DNA of 62,520 nt, counting the filler, from Candidatus Methanoxibalbensis ujae (GTDB lineage: Archaea; Halobacteriota; Syntropharchaeia; Alkanophagales; Methanospirareceae), in assembly GCA_026134085.1 (NCBI GenBank). It is 5 parts of 5 records of this genome, joined end to end, with 100 filler letters (N's around TTAATTAATTAA, not from the genome) between each part and the next. Parts side by side here need not be neighbours in the genome. Positions count along the whole stretch, not along the records: positions 28,871 to 42,941 come from JAOQIN010000045.1; positions 43,042 to 57,021 come from JAOQIN010000046.1; 3 more parts are not named here. One strand, 5' to 3'. How positions within the stretch are numbered: position 1 is the first letter of the stretch; each line of letters opens with the position of its first letter. Positions 40,885 to 50,785 of the stretch are shown piece after piece. Made by a program: the position numbers and the translations under genes. A model generated the notes under the pieces. The model did not search any database, was not told where the DNA came from, and saw only the letters and a program-made list of their open reading frames with translations.

Positions 40885-41802
40885 ATGTATGACAGAATAT
40901 TTGTGGTTGTGCTCGTGGCAGTCATGATTGTGGGAAGCGGTATCGTGGGTATAGCATCTGCTCACTTCACAATGCTCTTCCCGGGTGGTGACAAGGATGT
41001 CAGACCTGAGGATTACATTGCAAGTTTTGGTGAGGAAAAGACCGTGCTGATCACCTGGGGCTGTCCATTCAAGGAACTCTTTGACTGCATTGATGTCCCT
41101 GAGGTATATGTAAGAGATCCTGACGGTATCGTCACGCAGTTAACCCCTGTTGAGACATCAGTTGATGGCGTGAAAGCGTATAAAGTATCTTTCATAGTGG
41201 ACAAACGTGGCGATTACACGGTTTATGCCACGATGAACGTCTCAGCGATTAAAGGTACCTTTGTTGATCACGCAAAGGCGGTAATTCACTGCGGTCAGGC
41301 AATATGGAAAGGGTGGGATGCGGAAGTTGGCGAGAGGGTGGAGATAATCCCCTGTATGCGCCCCTACGGGCTGGAAGAGGGGGCGGTATTCAAAGCAAGG
41401 GCGCTTCAGGATGGAGAACCACTCATAAACACAACGGTTTTTGTCGTAAAGTATCGTCTGAGTGATGATCCCGAGGTGCTCAAGAAAGCAGAGGCGATCT
41501 ATCCGCAGGATCCGTGGATGGTGGTAAAGGGCTACACAAAGACCGATGCGGATGGCTACTTCGTGTACACACTCGATGAACCCGGGGTATGGATTATCGC
41601 GGTCTTTGGCAAGGATCTGATGGAACGTGGCATCTTCATACTACCGGTATTCGAGTCTTTTCCGCCAGCAGGGGACACCTCAGTCAGCCGGAGGACAGAA
41701 ATAACACCAGAGTCGCCGGCAGACGGTTTAGTCGCAACAGTGGTGGTAACTGGGCTTGTCGCAGTTCTTTTGAGGCGAAAAAGATTGGGAGGGATAAGAT
41801 GA
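40885..41802 (+). CDS. DUF4198 (NikK-like) extracellular Ni/Co-transport accessory protein with C-terminal TM anchor
   Basis: Signal peptide then HFTMLFP, EIIPCMRPYGL…FKARAL.DGEP, KTDADGYF…PGVW, and TM+RRKR tail. Confidence 0.75.
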   Translation: MYDRIFVVVLVAVMIVGSGIVGIASAHFTMLFPGGDKDVRPEDYIASFGEEKTVLITWGCPFKELFDCIDVPEVYVRDPDGIVTQLTPVETSVDGVKAYKVSFIVDKRGDYTVYATMNVSAIKGTFVDHAKAVIHCGQAIWKGWDAEVGERVEIIPCMRPYGLEEGAVFKARALQDGEPLINTTVFVVKYRLSDDPEVLKKAEAIYPQDPWMVVKGYTKTDADGYFVYTLDEPGVWIIAVFGKDLMERGIFILPVFESFPPAGDTSVSRRTEITPESPADGLVATVVVTGLVAVLLRRKRLGGIR

Positions 41803-41894
41803 AGAGCGTAGCCATAGACTGTGGAATTGAGTCAGTCTGTATCAAGGCGCACTACGCCGAAGTGACGATTACACCGCGGGATGGAGAGCGTCCT

Positions 41895-41942
41895 GATGGA
41901 CGGATGGACAGATGGACAGATGGACGGATGGACGGATGGACG
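41895..41942. repeat. 8-bp tandem repeat GATGGACR x6
   Basis: Read directly. Confidence 0.9.
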
Positions 41943-41979
41943 GCTGTATATGCTAACTGTACATGAAGACAGATGAGAA

Positions 41980-42170
41980 GATTCGGCTTTGATCCGGGGA
42001 AGGACCGGCTGGTCGTCGGCGGCTGGCTGTGATTTTGAGGGTTCTCTCATCATTCATCATAACTGGGAAGCTTACCGTTGCTTTCGCACTTACGGTCTTA
42101 CACATCCCCATAAGAAGCAGTAGTTGTTGGTTCTGTCGTGTTTTTCTGATGAGATGCCGGAGCTGATGGG
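41980..42170 (+). pseudogene. cbiM: CbiM/NikM, C-terminal fragment
   Basis: LVVGG / LAVIL…ITGKLTVAFALTVLHIPI / EAVVVGSVVF / PELMG match the CbiM C-terminus (H.P…EG..TG..V.FL…PE). Confidence 0.6.
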
Positions 42171-42193
42171 AGCAGAGAATAGGAGGAGAAGGG

Positions 42194-42706
42194 ATGGGAG
42201 GTGACAGGGAAAAGATGAAAAGTAAGTGGGTGTTTTTATCAGTATCGTTTCTGATACTGTCGTGCATAAGTGTTGTGAGCGCTCATAGTTTGCATGTGGT
42301 TTATAAGCTAAACGAAATAGAGATAGAGGCGTACTTTGCTGACGGAACTCCCGTTCGGGATGCAGAGGTGACTGTGTACGACAAAGGAGGAAATTTGTAT
42401 ATGAAAGGAACGACAGACGAAGAAGGTAAGTTCCGTTTTCCTCTGAAGGTAGGCGTGAATGATTATACAGTTGTCGTTAATGCAACACATACAACACACA
42501 TATCCGGTTATAAAGGCGAAACCAGGATAAACTTGAGCCAAGCTGGTATCGGTGCTGATGGACAGGGAATGGAGATGTCATTATACGCCAGAATTGTAGC
42601 GGGGTTTGGTTATTTATCAGGTGTTGCGGGTGCTGCAATGATATACATGGGCTGGAAGCAGAAGAGGAAGCAGAAGAAGAGGTACGATAGGGGTGAGAAG
42701 GATTAA
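42194..42706 (+). CDS. NikL/CbiL-like accessory protein (carboxypeptidase-regulatory-like domain plus C-terminal TM)
   Basis: SAHSLHV…EAYFADGTPVRDAEVTVYD…GTTDEEGKFRF and a C-terminal TM helix. Confidence 0.72.
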   Translation: MGGDREKMKSKWVFLSVSFLILSCISVVSAHSLHVVYKLNEIEIEAYFADGTPVRDAEVTVYDKGGNLYMKGTTDEEGKFRFPLKVGVNDYTVVVNATHTTHISGYKGETRINLSQAGIGADGQGMEMSLYARIVAGFGYLSGVAGAAMIYMGWKQKRKQKKRYDRGEKD

Positions 42707-42941
42707 ATTGTAAAAAAGATGAAGAAAAAAACACTGGATGATCGTACTTTGCGGAGCACTGAGCAATAGACACATACTTCGCATAATAGCAGCACTACTA
42801 TCAGAGAAAGATAAGAAGAAGAAAGTGCAGAACATCATAAACTGAAAGAATTATGAGCTGGCACTAAGACCAGCGGGTGTAATTATAACAAACGAAGCAG
42901 GAGAGGTGGAAACGAAATTTAACGGTGCATCAGTAATGTTC

Positions 42942-43041
42942 NNNNNNNNNNNNNNNNNNNNNNNNNNNNNNNNNNNNNNNNNNNNTTAATTAATTAANNN
43001 NNNNNNNNNNNNNNNNNNNNNNNNNNNNNNNNNNNNNNNNN
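42942..43041. other. Artificial contig linker
   Basis: Same spacer. Confidence 0.97.
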
Positions 43042-43043
43042 CA

Positions 43044-43343
43044 TTTGACCTTATAGTATGCACGGAAGTGCTTGAACATCTTTGTTATCCGCATCACGTA
43101 TTAAAAGAAATAAGCAGAATACTTACAGCTGATGGGTATTTTGTTGTCAGTCTTCCAAATTCGTATAATATCATCGACTTATTCAAGATAATACGCGGAA
43201 AACCGATTCCTGAACTCGATTTTGATGCATATGGACATCATGTATTCACTTCAATAGAACAGAACTTGAACTTCATTAAAAGAGAATTTGATATAATTGA
43301 TTTGACTTTTTGCTCTTTGCAAGAAGAGGGATTGATGCTATGA
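43044..43343 (+). CDS. Class I SAM methyltransferase, 5'-truncated
   Basis: FDLIVCTEVLEHL…EISRIL..DG…SLPN. Confidence 0.82.
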   Translation, partial: FDLIVCTEVLEHLCYPHHVLKEISRILTADGYFVVSLPNSYNIIDLFKIIRGKPIPELDFDAYGHHVFTSIEQNLNFIKREFDIIDLTFCSLQEEGLML

Positions 43344-44440
43344 AAATCGCTGTAGTGTCTCAAGTGTATAAAAAAGGAGGGGGAGGAGCGGTATCAACGT
43401 ACCTTTTAGTAAGCGCATTGAGGGATTTAGGGCATGAGGTTAAAGTTATGCAGACACTAGAAGATATAAGTCCTGATATTGTCTTGCACCAAAACATAAA
43501 AGGATTAGTTAAAACGCAAAAGATATGTGAAAGACGCAACATTCCTTTAATTGTAACGATAAATTCAAATATAACATGTCCTACAGGCGCCCATGTAACA
43601 AATGAGACAAAATATGGTGTTCCTTGCCTGAACTGTTCGCTTTTAAAATGCGTTTCATGTCATATTTGGAACAAAAGAGAAAGAGAATATACAAAAACTA
43701 AGAGAGTTTTAAGTATTTTTGAATCTTTTGCAAAGTATGCTTTGAGAAATTTGAGAATAAAGACATTAAACAAAGTTGATAAGATTGTATGCGTTTCTCC
43801 GAGTCTGAGAGAAAGATTAGCATTTGCAGGTGTTGATAAGAGCAAAATAGAAGTTATAATACAACCTGTTGATAAAAGTTTTTTTAACGATCCAGGAGTC
43901 AGACATTTTGAAGAGAAAGTTGCATTATTTGCTGGGGCGATTTCTTGGATTAAAGGAGCCCATCTTGCAGCGGAAGCGATTTCAAAACTCAATGATATCA
44001 AACTTGTCTATGTGGGAGGTGCAGGGGATAAAATGAGAAAAATAATAAGGAGCTTCTTAAAAGAGCGTGCAATATTCGTTGGGAGGATTCCATATGAGAG
44101 AATGCCTGAATACTACTACTCTGCTCATGTAACGCTCTTTCCGAGCATTTGGTTCGATCCTCACGGAAGAGTCTGGACAGAAAGTTGCGCATGTGGCACA
44201 CCAGTCGTTGCTTTTAAGGGCAGAGGAGGAGCTTCAGACTACTTAAAACATGAAGAAACAGCTCTGCTTTCAGATTACGATGTTGATGAATATGCAGAAC
44301 AAATAAAAAGGTTGTTTGAAGATGAAGTATTGTATAGGAAAATAAGCAGGAATGCGAGGGAATATGCGAAGAAAAACTTTTTGGCAGATGTCGTAGCGAG
44401 GAAATATGAAAAGGTGTTTGAGGAGGTTGTGAAAAAATGA
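43340..44440 (+). CDS. GT4 family glycosyltransferase
   Basis: GGGAVST, KGAHL and FPSIWFDPHGRVWTESCACGTPVV. ATGA-coupled start at 43340. Confidence 0.88.
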   Translation: MKIAVVSQVYKKGGGGAVSTYLLVSALRDLGHEVKVMQTLEDISPDIVLHQNIKGLVKTQKICERRNIPLIVTINSNITCPTGAHVTNETKYGVPCLNCSLLKCVSCHIWNKREREYTKTKRVLSIFESFAKYALRNLRIKTLNKVDKIVCVSPSLRERLAFAGVDKSKIEVIIQPVDKSFFNDPGVRHFEEKVALFAGAISWIKGAHLAAEAISKLNDIKLVYVGGAGDKMRKIIRSFLKERAIFVGRIPYERMPEYYYSAHVTLFPSIWFDPHGRVWTESCACGTPVVAFKGRGGASDYLKHEETALLSDYDVDEYAEQIKRLFEDEVLYRKISRNAREYAKKNFLADVVARKYEKVFEEVVKK

Positions 44441-45609
44441 ACGATAATGTAAAATTTCGAGAACTAAAATCGGGAGAGGAGGAAGAATGGGATGAATTTG
44501 TGTTTAACAATCCAAATAGCCGAATTTTTCATCTTTACCATTATCAGAATCTTCTTAAAATGCCATACAAATGCCAAAAATTTATTCATCTTGTGGCGAA
44601 AGAGGGAGATGAAATTGTGGGGATAATGCCCAATTATATTGCAAACAGGAAAATGTTTTCTCGTGGTGGGATACTTGTGAAAGAGAGGTATGATGATTTA
44701 AAAACCGATTTTTTGAGATTTGTAGAAAAATACATCAGAAGCCACAACCTTTTCGCCTCCTTTATATATCCTGACAGCACAATACCAAGAGAACAGCTAC
44801 AATTTTTAAGAATTTATGGATATGAAGAGAAAATAAGCAAAACTGTAATTTTATCGTTAAGACCTTCTCTGGATGAAATATGGAAAAATTTGAATGGGAA
44901 GAATAGAAATGCGATAAGAAAGGCAAAGAAGAGCGGTGTAAAAGTCGTTAAAGCCAAGAGAAGAGAAGATATGGAGGATTATTATAAACTTGATGTGAGT
45001 GCGGGAAAAAGGAAACACCGTTCCTTTTATCCTCTTTCTTACTACTATGATGCCTGGGATATTCTAAAGGAACATTATCATGTAATGGATGTTTATTTTG
45101 CAGAATTGGATGGCAAAAGGATTGCTGGTGTCAGAGTTAATAAATTCAACAAGAGAGCCTATTATTCTTCGGGGCATTTCTTAGCGGAATATGGCAAATA
45201 TCAACCAAACAACCTTATTCACTGGACAATAATATCCGACCTAAAAGAAGAAGGTTTTGAGACCTATGAACTTGGTCTGGTAGGTCCAGATTCACCAGAC
45301 CCGCAGGTCAGGGGTATTGCACATTTCAAAATGTCTTGGGGTGGAGACGTGCTTGATTATGTAACTTATATCAAATATAAATCGCTACTGAGTAAGGAAA
45401 TAGATCAAGTAATGACTTTAATTCCGATAGGACTGAGAATAATAAAAAGAAATTTGTTAGAAATAAAAAAGAAACTCCGTCTCCCGAAGATTAAAGGGGG
45501 TATTAAAAAGTGTTTAAATCTCTCAGAATCGTTAATTATACAAATTTCCCAATCACATTCCTTATCCATTCGGATTTTATTCCTGTTCTTGCCTCTATTG
45601 CCTTCATAA
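44437..45609 (+). CDS. FemAB-like GNAT family transferase
   Basis: RNAIRKAKKSGV, QPNNLIHW and GIAHFKMSWGG. The 3' end overlaps the convergent flippase. Confidence 0.8.
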   Translation: MNDNVKFRELKSGEEEEWDEFVFNNPNSRIFHLYHYQNLLKMPYKCQKFIHLVAKEGDEIVGIMPNYIANRKMFSRGGILVKERYDDLKTDFLRFVEKYIRSHNLFASFIYPDSTIPREQLQFLRIYGYEEKISKTVILSLRPSLDEIWKNLNGKNRNAIRKAKKSGVKVVKAKRREDMEDYYKLDVSAGKRKHRSFYPLSYYYDAWDILKEHYHVMDVYFAELDGKRIAGVRVNKFNKRAYYSSGHFLAEYGKYQPNNLIHWTIISDLKEEGFETYELGLVGPDSPDPQVRGIAHFKMSWGGDVLDYVTYIKYKSLLSKEIDQVMTLIPIGLRIIKRNLLEIKKKLRLPKIKGGIKKCLNLSESLIIQISQSHSLSIRILFLFLPLLPS

Positions 45610-47059
45610 CAATGACATCTTCACGCTCAAATGTTCTCATTATTAAAAGAAGCAGGGCGTAAATGGAAATGTAGAGGACGAACATTGCAATTAAAATATA
45701 AATTGAAGTTTTAATTTGCCTCGTTAGCAGATAAATCAGTGAGAGTGAGATGAGTGAAGCGGTAAAAATCTTCGCATAATTTATTCTTACTGGCTGAATG
45801 TGTGTGATTTTGAAAACCTCTGCGAATGAAAGTAAGCTCACGGTGAGAACAGAAATGCCTGTTGCAAGTGCAGCCCCCTCTATTCCATAGCAGGGAATGA
45901 GCAGATAATTTAGAATTGCGTCCAGAAACGCTCCAACTGATGTGTTCAGCATTATTAATTTCGTCCTCCCCACTGTCTTTATTATTTGTCCCGTTGGAAA
46001 CATTATTGATATAAAGAAATATGAGAGAGTGAGAATGCAAAATGCATAAGCCCCTCTTATATATGCAGAACCATACAAAATATTCAAAACATCATCGGAA
46101 AAAAGAACCATAAGCATAACTAATGGCAAAACAATCATGAATATCCATTTTGTAACCGCATAATTTGTGTCTTTTATCTCCTCATGCATCCCTTTTGAAT
46201 ACAATTCAGTTACAACAGGGAAGAATATGGTAGTAAAGGAGCTTGGAACAATTTTTAGCAGGCTTGCCGTTGAAAGAGATGCTCTGTAAATTCCAACATC
46301 CTTTGCAGTGAGGAAATAGCCGAGCATTAAGGTGTCAATCCATCCCATAACTAAGCCGAGCATCCCTGCGAACATCAAAGGCCATGAAAAAGAGAGCAGT
46401 TCCTTCCTTGTGAAGACCGCCTTTTCTCTCCAAAAAGGAAAAATTTTGTTCAAGTAAAAAAAAGCGACGAAAGGTGCGCCAATTATGGCAAATGTGTAGG
46501 CGAATGCAGCCCCATATATACCGTAGCCTAATATAAGAAGAGAGACGAGGATTAAAAGCCTGAAAGCATTCTGGAATATGTCTCTCGCAAGAACAACATA
46601 CTTCATCTCCTGAAATCCCCCTACGGCAGAATTGAAGATGTAATACAGACCGTAGAATGGAATGCCGATTGAGAATATCTTCAGTATTGGTGCTAACTCT
46701 TGCTCTTTGAAGATTAAAGATATGGAATCTGCAAAGAAGAAGATGATGGAAGATGCAAGTATGCTGAGCGGTAGGACTATTTGAATTGCTGAAACCATCA
46801 CTCCCTTTATCTTCATTCCCTCCTCTCTTCCCTTATAAAAGGAGACGAACCTGATTATTCCCTCAGGCATCCCTACCAAAACAACAGTAGAAGCGATTGT
46901 AGTAACAGCAGAAGCCAGAGAAATCAAACCGTAGTCTTCTGGACCAAGAAATCTCGCAATTATGAGCATTGAAATGTATGCTAAGAGCATTCCCACTGCA
47001 GTCCCGATGAAAACGATGCCCGCTCCTTTCGCCACCTTCAGCAGCGATTCGTCATGCAT
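45536..47059 (-). CDS. Oligosaccharide flippase (Wzx/AglR-like, MOP superfamily)
   Basis: ARFLGPEDYG, IDTLMLG…VGIY, LIP.YGIEGAALAT and many TM segments. Confidence 0.92.
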   Translation of the reverse strand: MHDESLLKVAKGAGIVFIGTAVGMLLAYISMLIIARFLGPEDYGLISLASAVTTIASTVVLVGMPEGIIRFVSFYKGREEGMKIKGVMVSAIQIVLPLSILASSIIFFFADSISLIFKEQELAPILKIFSIGIPFYGLYYIFNSAVGGFQEMKYVVLARDIFQNAFRLLILVSLLILGYGIYGAAFAYTFAIIGAPFVAFFYLNKIFPFWREKAVFTRKELLSFSWPLMFAGMLGLVMGWIDTLMLGYFLTAKDVGIYRASLSTASLLKIVPSSFTTIFFPVVTELYSKGMHEEIKDTNYAVTKWIFMIVLPLVMLMVLFSDDVLNILYGSAYIRGAYAFCILTLSYFFISIMFPTGQIIKTVGRTKLIMLNTSVGAFLDAILNYLLIPCYGIEGAALATGISVLTVSLLSFAEVFKITHIQPVRINYAKIFTASLISLSLIYLLTRQIKTSIYILIAMFVLYISIYALLLLIMRTFEREDVIVMKAIEARTGIKSEWIRNVIGKFV

Positions 47060-47062
47060 ACT

Positions 47063-47389
47063 TCAAAAATGGTCTAATTCATTTAAAGCAGGCAAGCCGA
47101 TAACAAGCACTTCCATATTTCCTCTCGCTCTGTGCAGAGTTCCGGGTTCAATCACAACCAGATCCCCCTCCTTTACCTTTATCACATCATCGTTCAGCTC
47201 TATCTCTCCTTCTCCCCTCACAATGAAATAGTATTCCTTCGTTTTCTTATGGAAATGCTTTTTTGCATCCTCAATCCTCACGAAATCAAATGAAATATCC
47301 TCAGACAAAAGCCTCTTCAACGCTCCGCAGTGCCCTCTCCTCCATTCAACATCCTCAAACCTTATTACTCTATACCTCTCACCATTCAT
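47063..47389 (-). CDS. Cupin-domain protein
   Basis: KHFHKKTKEYYFIVRGEG…IEPGTLHR. Confidence 0.88.
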   Translation of the reverse strand: MNGERYRVIRFEDVEWRRGHCGALKRLLSEDISFDFVRIEDAKKHFHKKTKEYYFIVRGEGEIELNDDVIKVKEGDLVVIEPGTLHRARGNMEVLVIGLPALNELDHF

Positions 47390-48468
47390 CTCACCACAAA
47401 CTCGTTTATTTTCTCACATACATACATCGCTTCTTCCTCACTTAGCATCGGATGCATGGGAATTGAAAGAATCTCACTGCATATTCTTTCAGTTTTCGGC
47501 AATCTGCTTCCATAACCTGAGAAAATAACCTGTTTATGAACGGGAATTGGGTAATGAATTCCAGTTTCTATTCTATTTACCCTTAAAAATTCCGCCAATC
47601 CATCTCTATTTTTCGTCTTTATCACATAGAGATGATAAACATGCTTTCTGCAATCAAACTCTTCTGGCTTCTTAACTTCTTCTCTCAGCATCTCATCGTA
47701 TATTCCCGCTATTTTTCTCCTCTTCTCATTCCATTCATCAAGATGCTTGAGCTGTTCAATCCCCACCGCAGCCAATATCTCGGGCATCCTGAAGTTGAAG
47801 CCGAGCATCGTGCTTGAATATTTTTCTTTTCTTCTGTAATCCCTGCCGTGGTCTCTCAACGCCTTAAGCCTCGCATCCAACTCATCATCATTTGTTACGA
47901 CCATTCCTCCCTCCCCCACAACTGTAATGTTCTTTGAAGGAAAGAAGGAGAAGCATGCTAAATCTCCGAAAGAACCTGCTTTCTTGCCATTGAATTCCGC
48001 TCCATGTGCTTGTGCAGCATCCTCTATTAAATAAAAATCATGCTTCTCCTTTAACTCAGCGAGAGCATCCATGTCGCACATCTGCCCATACAAATGAACG
48101 CATATAACGGCTTTCGTCCTCTCACTTATCTTTCTTTCAACATCACGAACATCAATGTTGTAATCTTCGCCCACATCAACGAAAACTGGCTTTGCTCCCA
48201 CCATCGGAATGGGCTCAGCGGTTGCTATGAATGTGTGCGATGGAAGAATTACCTCATCTCCCTCCCCTATTCCCAAAGCTCTCAACGCAAGATATATGGC
48301 TGCTGTTCCGCTGCTTACCGCAGTTGCGTATTTAACGCCACAGTAATCAGCAAAATCCCTCTCAAACTCTTTAACTTTCGGACCCTTAACGAATCTACCG
48401 CTCTCAAGCACTTCCAAAACCGCTCTTTTCATCTCTTCCGTCATCACGGGCTTTGACAGCTGTATCAT
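47386..48468 (-). CDS. DegT-family aminotransferase (WbpE-like)
   Basis: SSGTAA, VHLYGQ, EDAAQAHGA, SFFPSKN and IHYPIPVH. Confidence 0.92.
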   Translation of the reverse strand: MIQLSKPVMTEEMKRAVLEVLESGRFVKGPKVKEFERDFADYCGVKYATAVSSGTAAIYLALRALGIGEGDEVILPSHTFIATAEPIPMVGAKPVFVDVGEDYNIDVRDVERKISERTKAVICVHLYGQMCDMDALAELKEKHDFYLIEDAAQAHGAEFNGKKAGSFGDLACFSFFPSKNITVVGEGGMVVTNDDELDARLKALRDHGRDYRRKEKYSSTMLGFNFRMPEILAAVGIEQLKHLDEWNEKRRKIAGIYDEMLREEVKKPEEFDCRKHVYHLYVIKTKNRDGLAEFLRVNRIETGIHYPIPVHKQVIFSGYGSRLPKTERICSEILSIPMHPMLSEEEAMYVCEKINEFVVR

Positions 48469-49406
48469 ATCCTCACCTCCATCACACCATTCACGGACTT
48501 TAGCGCAATTTCACATAATTTAGTGACGATGTAAGCGGAGAATGCATCATTCACGGGTTTTTTACCGCGCTCAACACACTCAATAAAATGTTTTAGCTCC
48601 TCCTTCAACGGCTCCTTTTTCTCAATTTTAACCTCAGCGAAACCCCTGTTTATCGTCTCATCCTGCCTCACTTCTACGAAGTGTTCTTTCATTTTCTGTT
48701 CAAGGAGATCCACATAAACCTTCCTTTCTGAAGCTATTATCCATGCATCCCTTCGCTTCAAAGGATGAAGCCAAGACACTTCAAGTGATGCGTAAAAATC
48801 ACCGTAATCGGCGAGAATTACAGCACTATCCTCCCTTTCCTCCGATATGTAATTTGTTTTCATGCACACCAGCTTTTTTGGAATGCCTATTAAGAATAAA
48901 AGGATGTCAAAGAGATGCGATGCAAGGTTGAATATCACACCGCTATCCTTTCTCGGCGGTTTGTGCGAATGGATATACCTCATTGTTATGTTGTGAATAA
49001 TGCCCAACTCACTCATCCTTTCCTTCAACTTCAAAACCGCAGGATTGAATCTGTAAATGTATCCCGCAGCCAATATTAAATTCTCCCTTTCTGATATTTT
49101 AATAAGTTTCTCTGCCTCTTCAGAATTCAATGTGATAGGTTTTTCCACCAAAACATGCTTTCCTGCAAGCAAACAATCCTTTGCGACTTCGTAATGCATG
49201 TCTGTTGGCACTGCTATTGAAACTGCATCAACAAATTTTAACAGCTTTTTATACGATTCATAGTATTGACAGCCAAATGACTTTTTTTTATCTCTATCTG
49301 AAAATCCAACGAGCTCGCACATTCCTTCGCTCTGAAGCTCCTGAAGCACTCTTATGTGGTTGCTCCCCCATTTCCCCGCTCCTATCACTCCAATCCTAAG
49401 CATCAC
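48465..49406 (-). CDS. Gfo/Idh/MocA oxidoreductase (WbpB-like)
   Basis: IGAGKWG, AVPTDMH, VLVEKP and RFNPA. Confidence 0.9.
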   Translation of the reverse strand: MMLRIGVIGAGKWGSNHIRVLQELQSEGMCELVGFSDRDKKKSFGCQYYESYKKLLKFVDAVSIAVPTDMHYEVAKDCLLAGKHVLVEKPITLNSEEAEKLIKISERENLILAAGYIYRFNPAVLKLKERMSELGIIHNITMRYIHSHKPPRKDSGVIFNLASHLFDILLFLIGIPKKLVCMKTNYISEEREDSAVILADYGDFYASLEVSWLHPLKRRDAWIIASERKVYVDLLEQKMKEHFVEVRQDETINRGFAEVKIEKKEPLKEELKHFIECVERGKKPVNDAFSAYIVTKLCEIALKSVNGVMEVRI

Positions 49407-50349
49407 TCAAAACCTCCTCAAGCACTCTTAAATACATGTCGGCAACCTCCCTCCATGTGTAAACCTTCACTCTCTTAACGCCATCGGCAAGCCTTTCGCG
49501 CAATTCATCATTTTCTACGAGGGCTTTAAGACCCTTTTTTAAGTCATCAGTAAGATAAGCGTTCTCAAGATGCGTCAAAACATAATTTAATCGCCCTCTT
49601 ATGCCGAGTATCGCTTTCCCCGCTTTAATGTATTCAAACATCTTGAGCGTGCAGTCATCATCCGCGGTTAAAACTAAAATGTCCGCAGCCTTCAAATAGC
49701 GGGGCAACTCACTCTGAGGAATCAATCCAAGAAAATGAACATTTTTCATGCCTTCCCATCTTCCACTCAACTCCTCGCTCACCTTACCCGCTAAATACAA
49801 ATCGCAATCAAGCCCCTTAACAGCTTCAATCAGCATATTAACTCTCTTCCTCCTTGATATTTCCCCAGCATAAAATACCTTTATCTCGCCTTCAAGCTCA
49901 ACAGGATGTTTCTCATCAAAGTCCTCTGGGACACCGTGTGGTATATAAAATGCCTTCTTATCCCATAACTTGCATCTTTCATACTTAAATATGCTCGGCG
50001 TCGTTATATAATCTGCATTTTCAACCGTGAAGTATTCATACAACGCCATCTTTGTTATTCCATGCTCTTTCCCGTTTATGTCAACATTGTCATCCGTCCA
50101 ATCGTGAACATGTATCGCCCTTACAAATCTCAATTTCTTCAATACAGAGGGTATAAATGCTATCGGTCCTACGGAGATCAATACATCTGGCTTGAATTTC
50201 AAGTATCTGAAGTAAAAATATTTCCATTCCTGTTTCAGTATGTGATCTATTTCGTGCCCCTTCTCCTCAAAGTAAAGCGGAAGCCAGTGCCATCTCATTT
50301 TGACTGCCGGCTCTTTTTCAGTGTTATGTGCAATTATTTGAATTCTCAT
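49396..50349 (-). CDS. Glycosyltransferase (GT4-like)
   Basis: YIPHGV, YAGEI..RK, LKMFEYIKAGK and YTWREVA. Confidence 0.85.
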   Translation of the reverse strand: MRIQIIAHNTEKEPAVKMRWHWLPLYFEEKGHEIDHILKQEWKYFYFRYLKFKPDVLISVGPIAFIPSVLKKLRFVRAIHVHDWTDDNVDINGKEHGITKMALYEYFTVENADYITTPSIFKYERCKLWDKKAFYIPHGVPEDFDEKHPVELEGEIKVFYAGEISRRKRVNMLIEAVKGLDCDLYLAGKVSEELSGRWEGMKNVHFLGLIPQSELPRYLKAADILVLTADDDCTLKMFEYIKAGKAILGIRGRLNYVLTHLENAYLTDDLKKGLKALVENDELRERLADGVKRVKVYTWREVADMYLRVLEEVLSDA

Positions 50350-50650
50350 CTTCCAACCCTTCTTTGTCTCTTATAGATGTTCTCAAAAAATAACTGCTTT
50401 TTCTTTCCAATATTTCTACTTCCTCTCTTTCCAGGCTCTATTGGAAAAATCATCCACGATAGATTCTCCCTGTCACTATTCGCTCTGAAATTCGTTCATA
50501 TTTGCGTTGTCCTCTCATTCTTCTTGAAATTATGAAAACTTCACAACCCCTTCTCGCCAAGCTCTCCGCCACCTTCAAAACATGCGTTAATACAAACTCG
50601 CCAGTGTGCAGCACAGGAACATCAGGTGCTGAAGGATCATAATGACCCAT
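50350..50650 (-). pseudogene. Internally deleted GT4 glycosyltransferase remnant
   Basis: THVLKVAESLARRGCEVFIISRR…RIYRG is a GT4-type N-terminus that ends in stops. Confidence 0.5.
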
Positions 50651-50785
50651 ACACATACACACATACCAGACAACAAAAAAATCGACTCTCCTGCTCACAG
50701 CAAAGTGCTCAGCAGCCATGCGCTGATGCTGTTTGGCATTGCAATGCTCGTGTTTGAGGTGCAAGGATGCATTGAGCGATGGAGG

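Noticed and set aside
41895..41942. Regular repeats here and at 35158 and 57722 as possible CRISPR arrays
   Set aside because: Units are 6-10 bp with no spacers and no cas genes
42720..42941. Possible ArsR-like HTH gene relic (ALSNRHILRIIAALL…YEL)
   Set aside because: Too fragmentary and at a contig end; cannot be supported without a search
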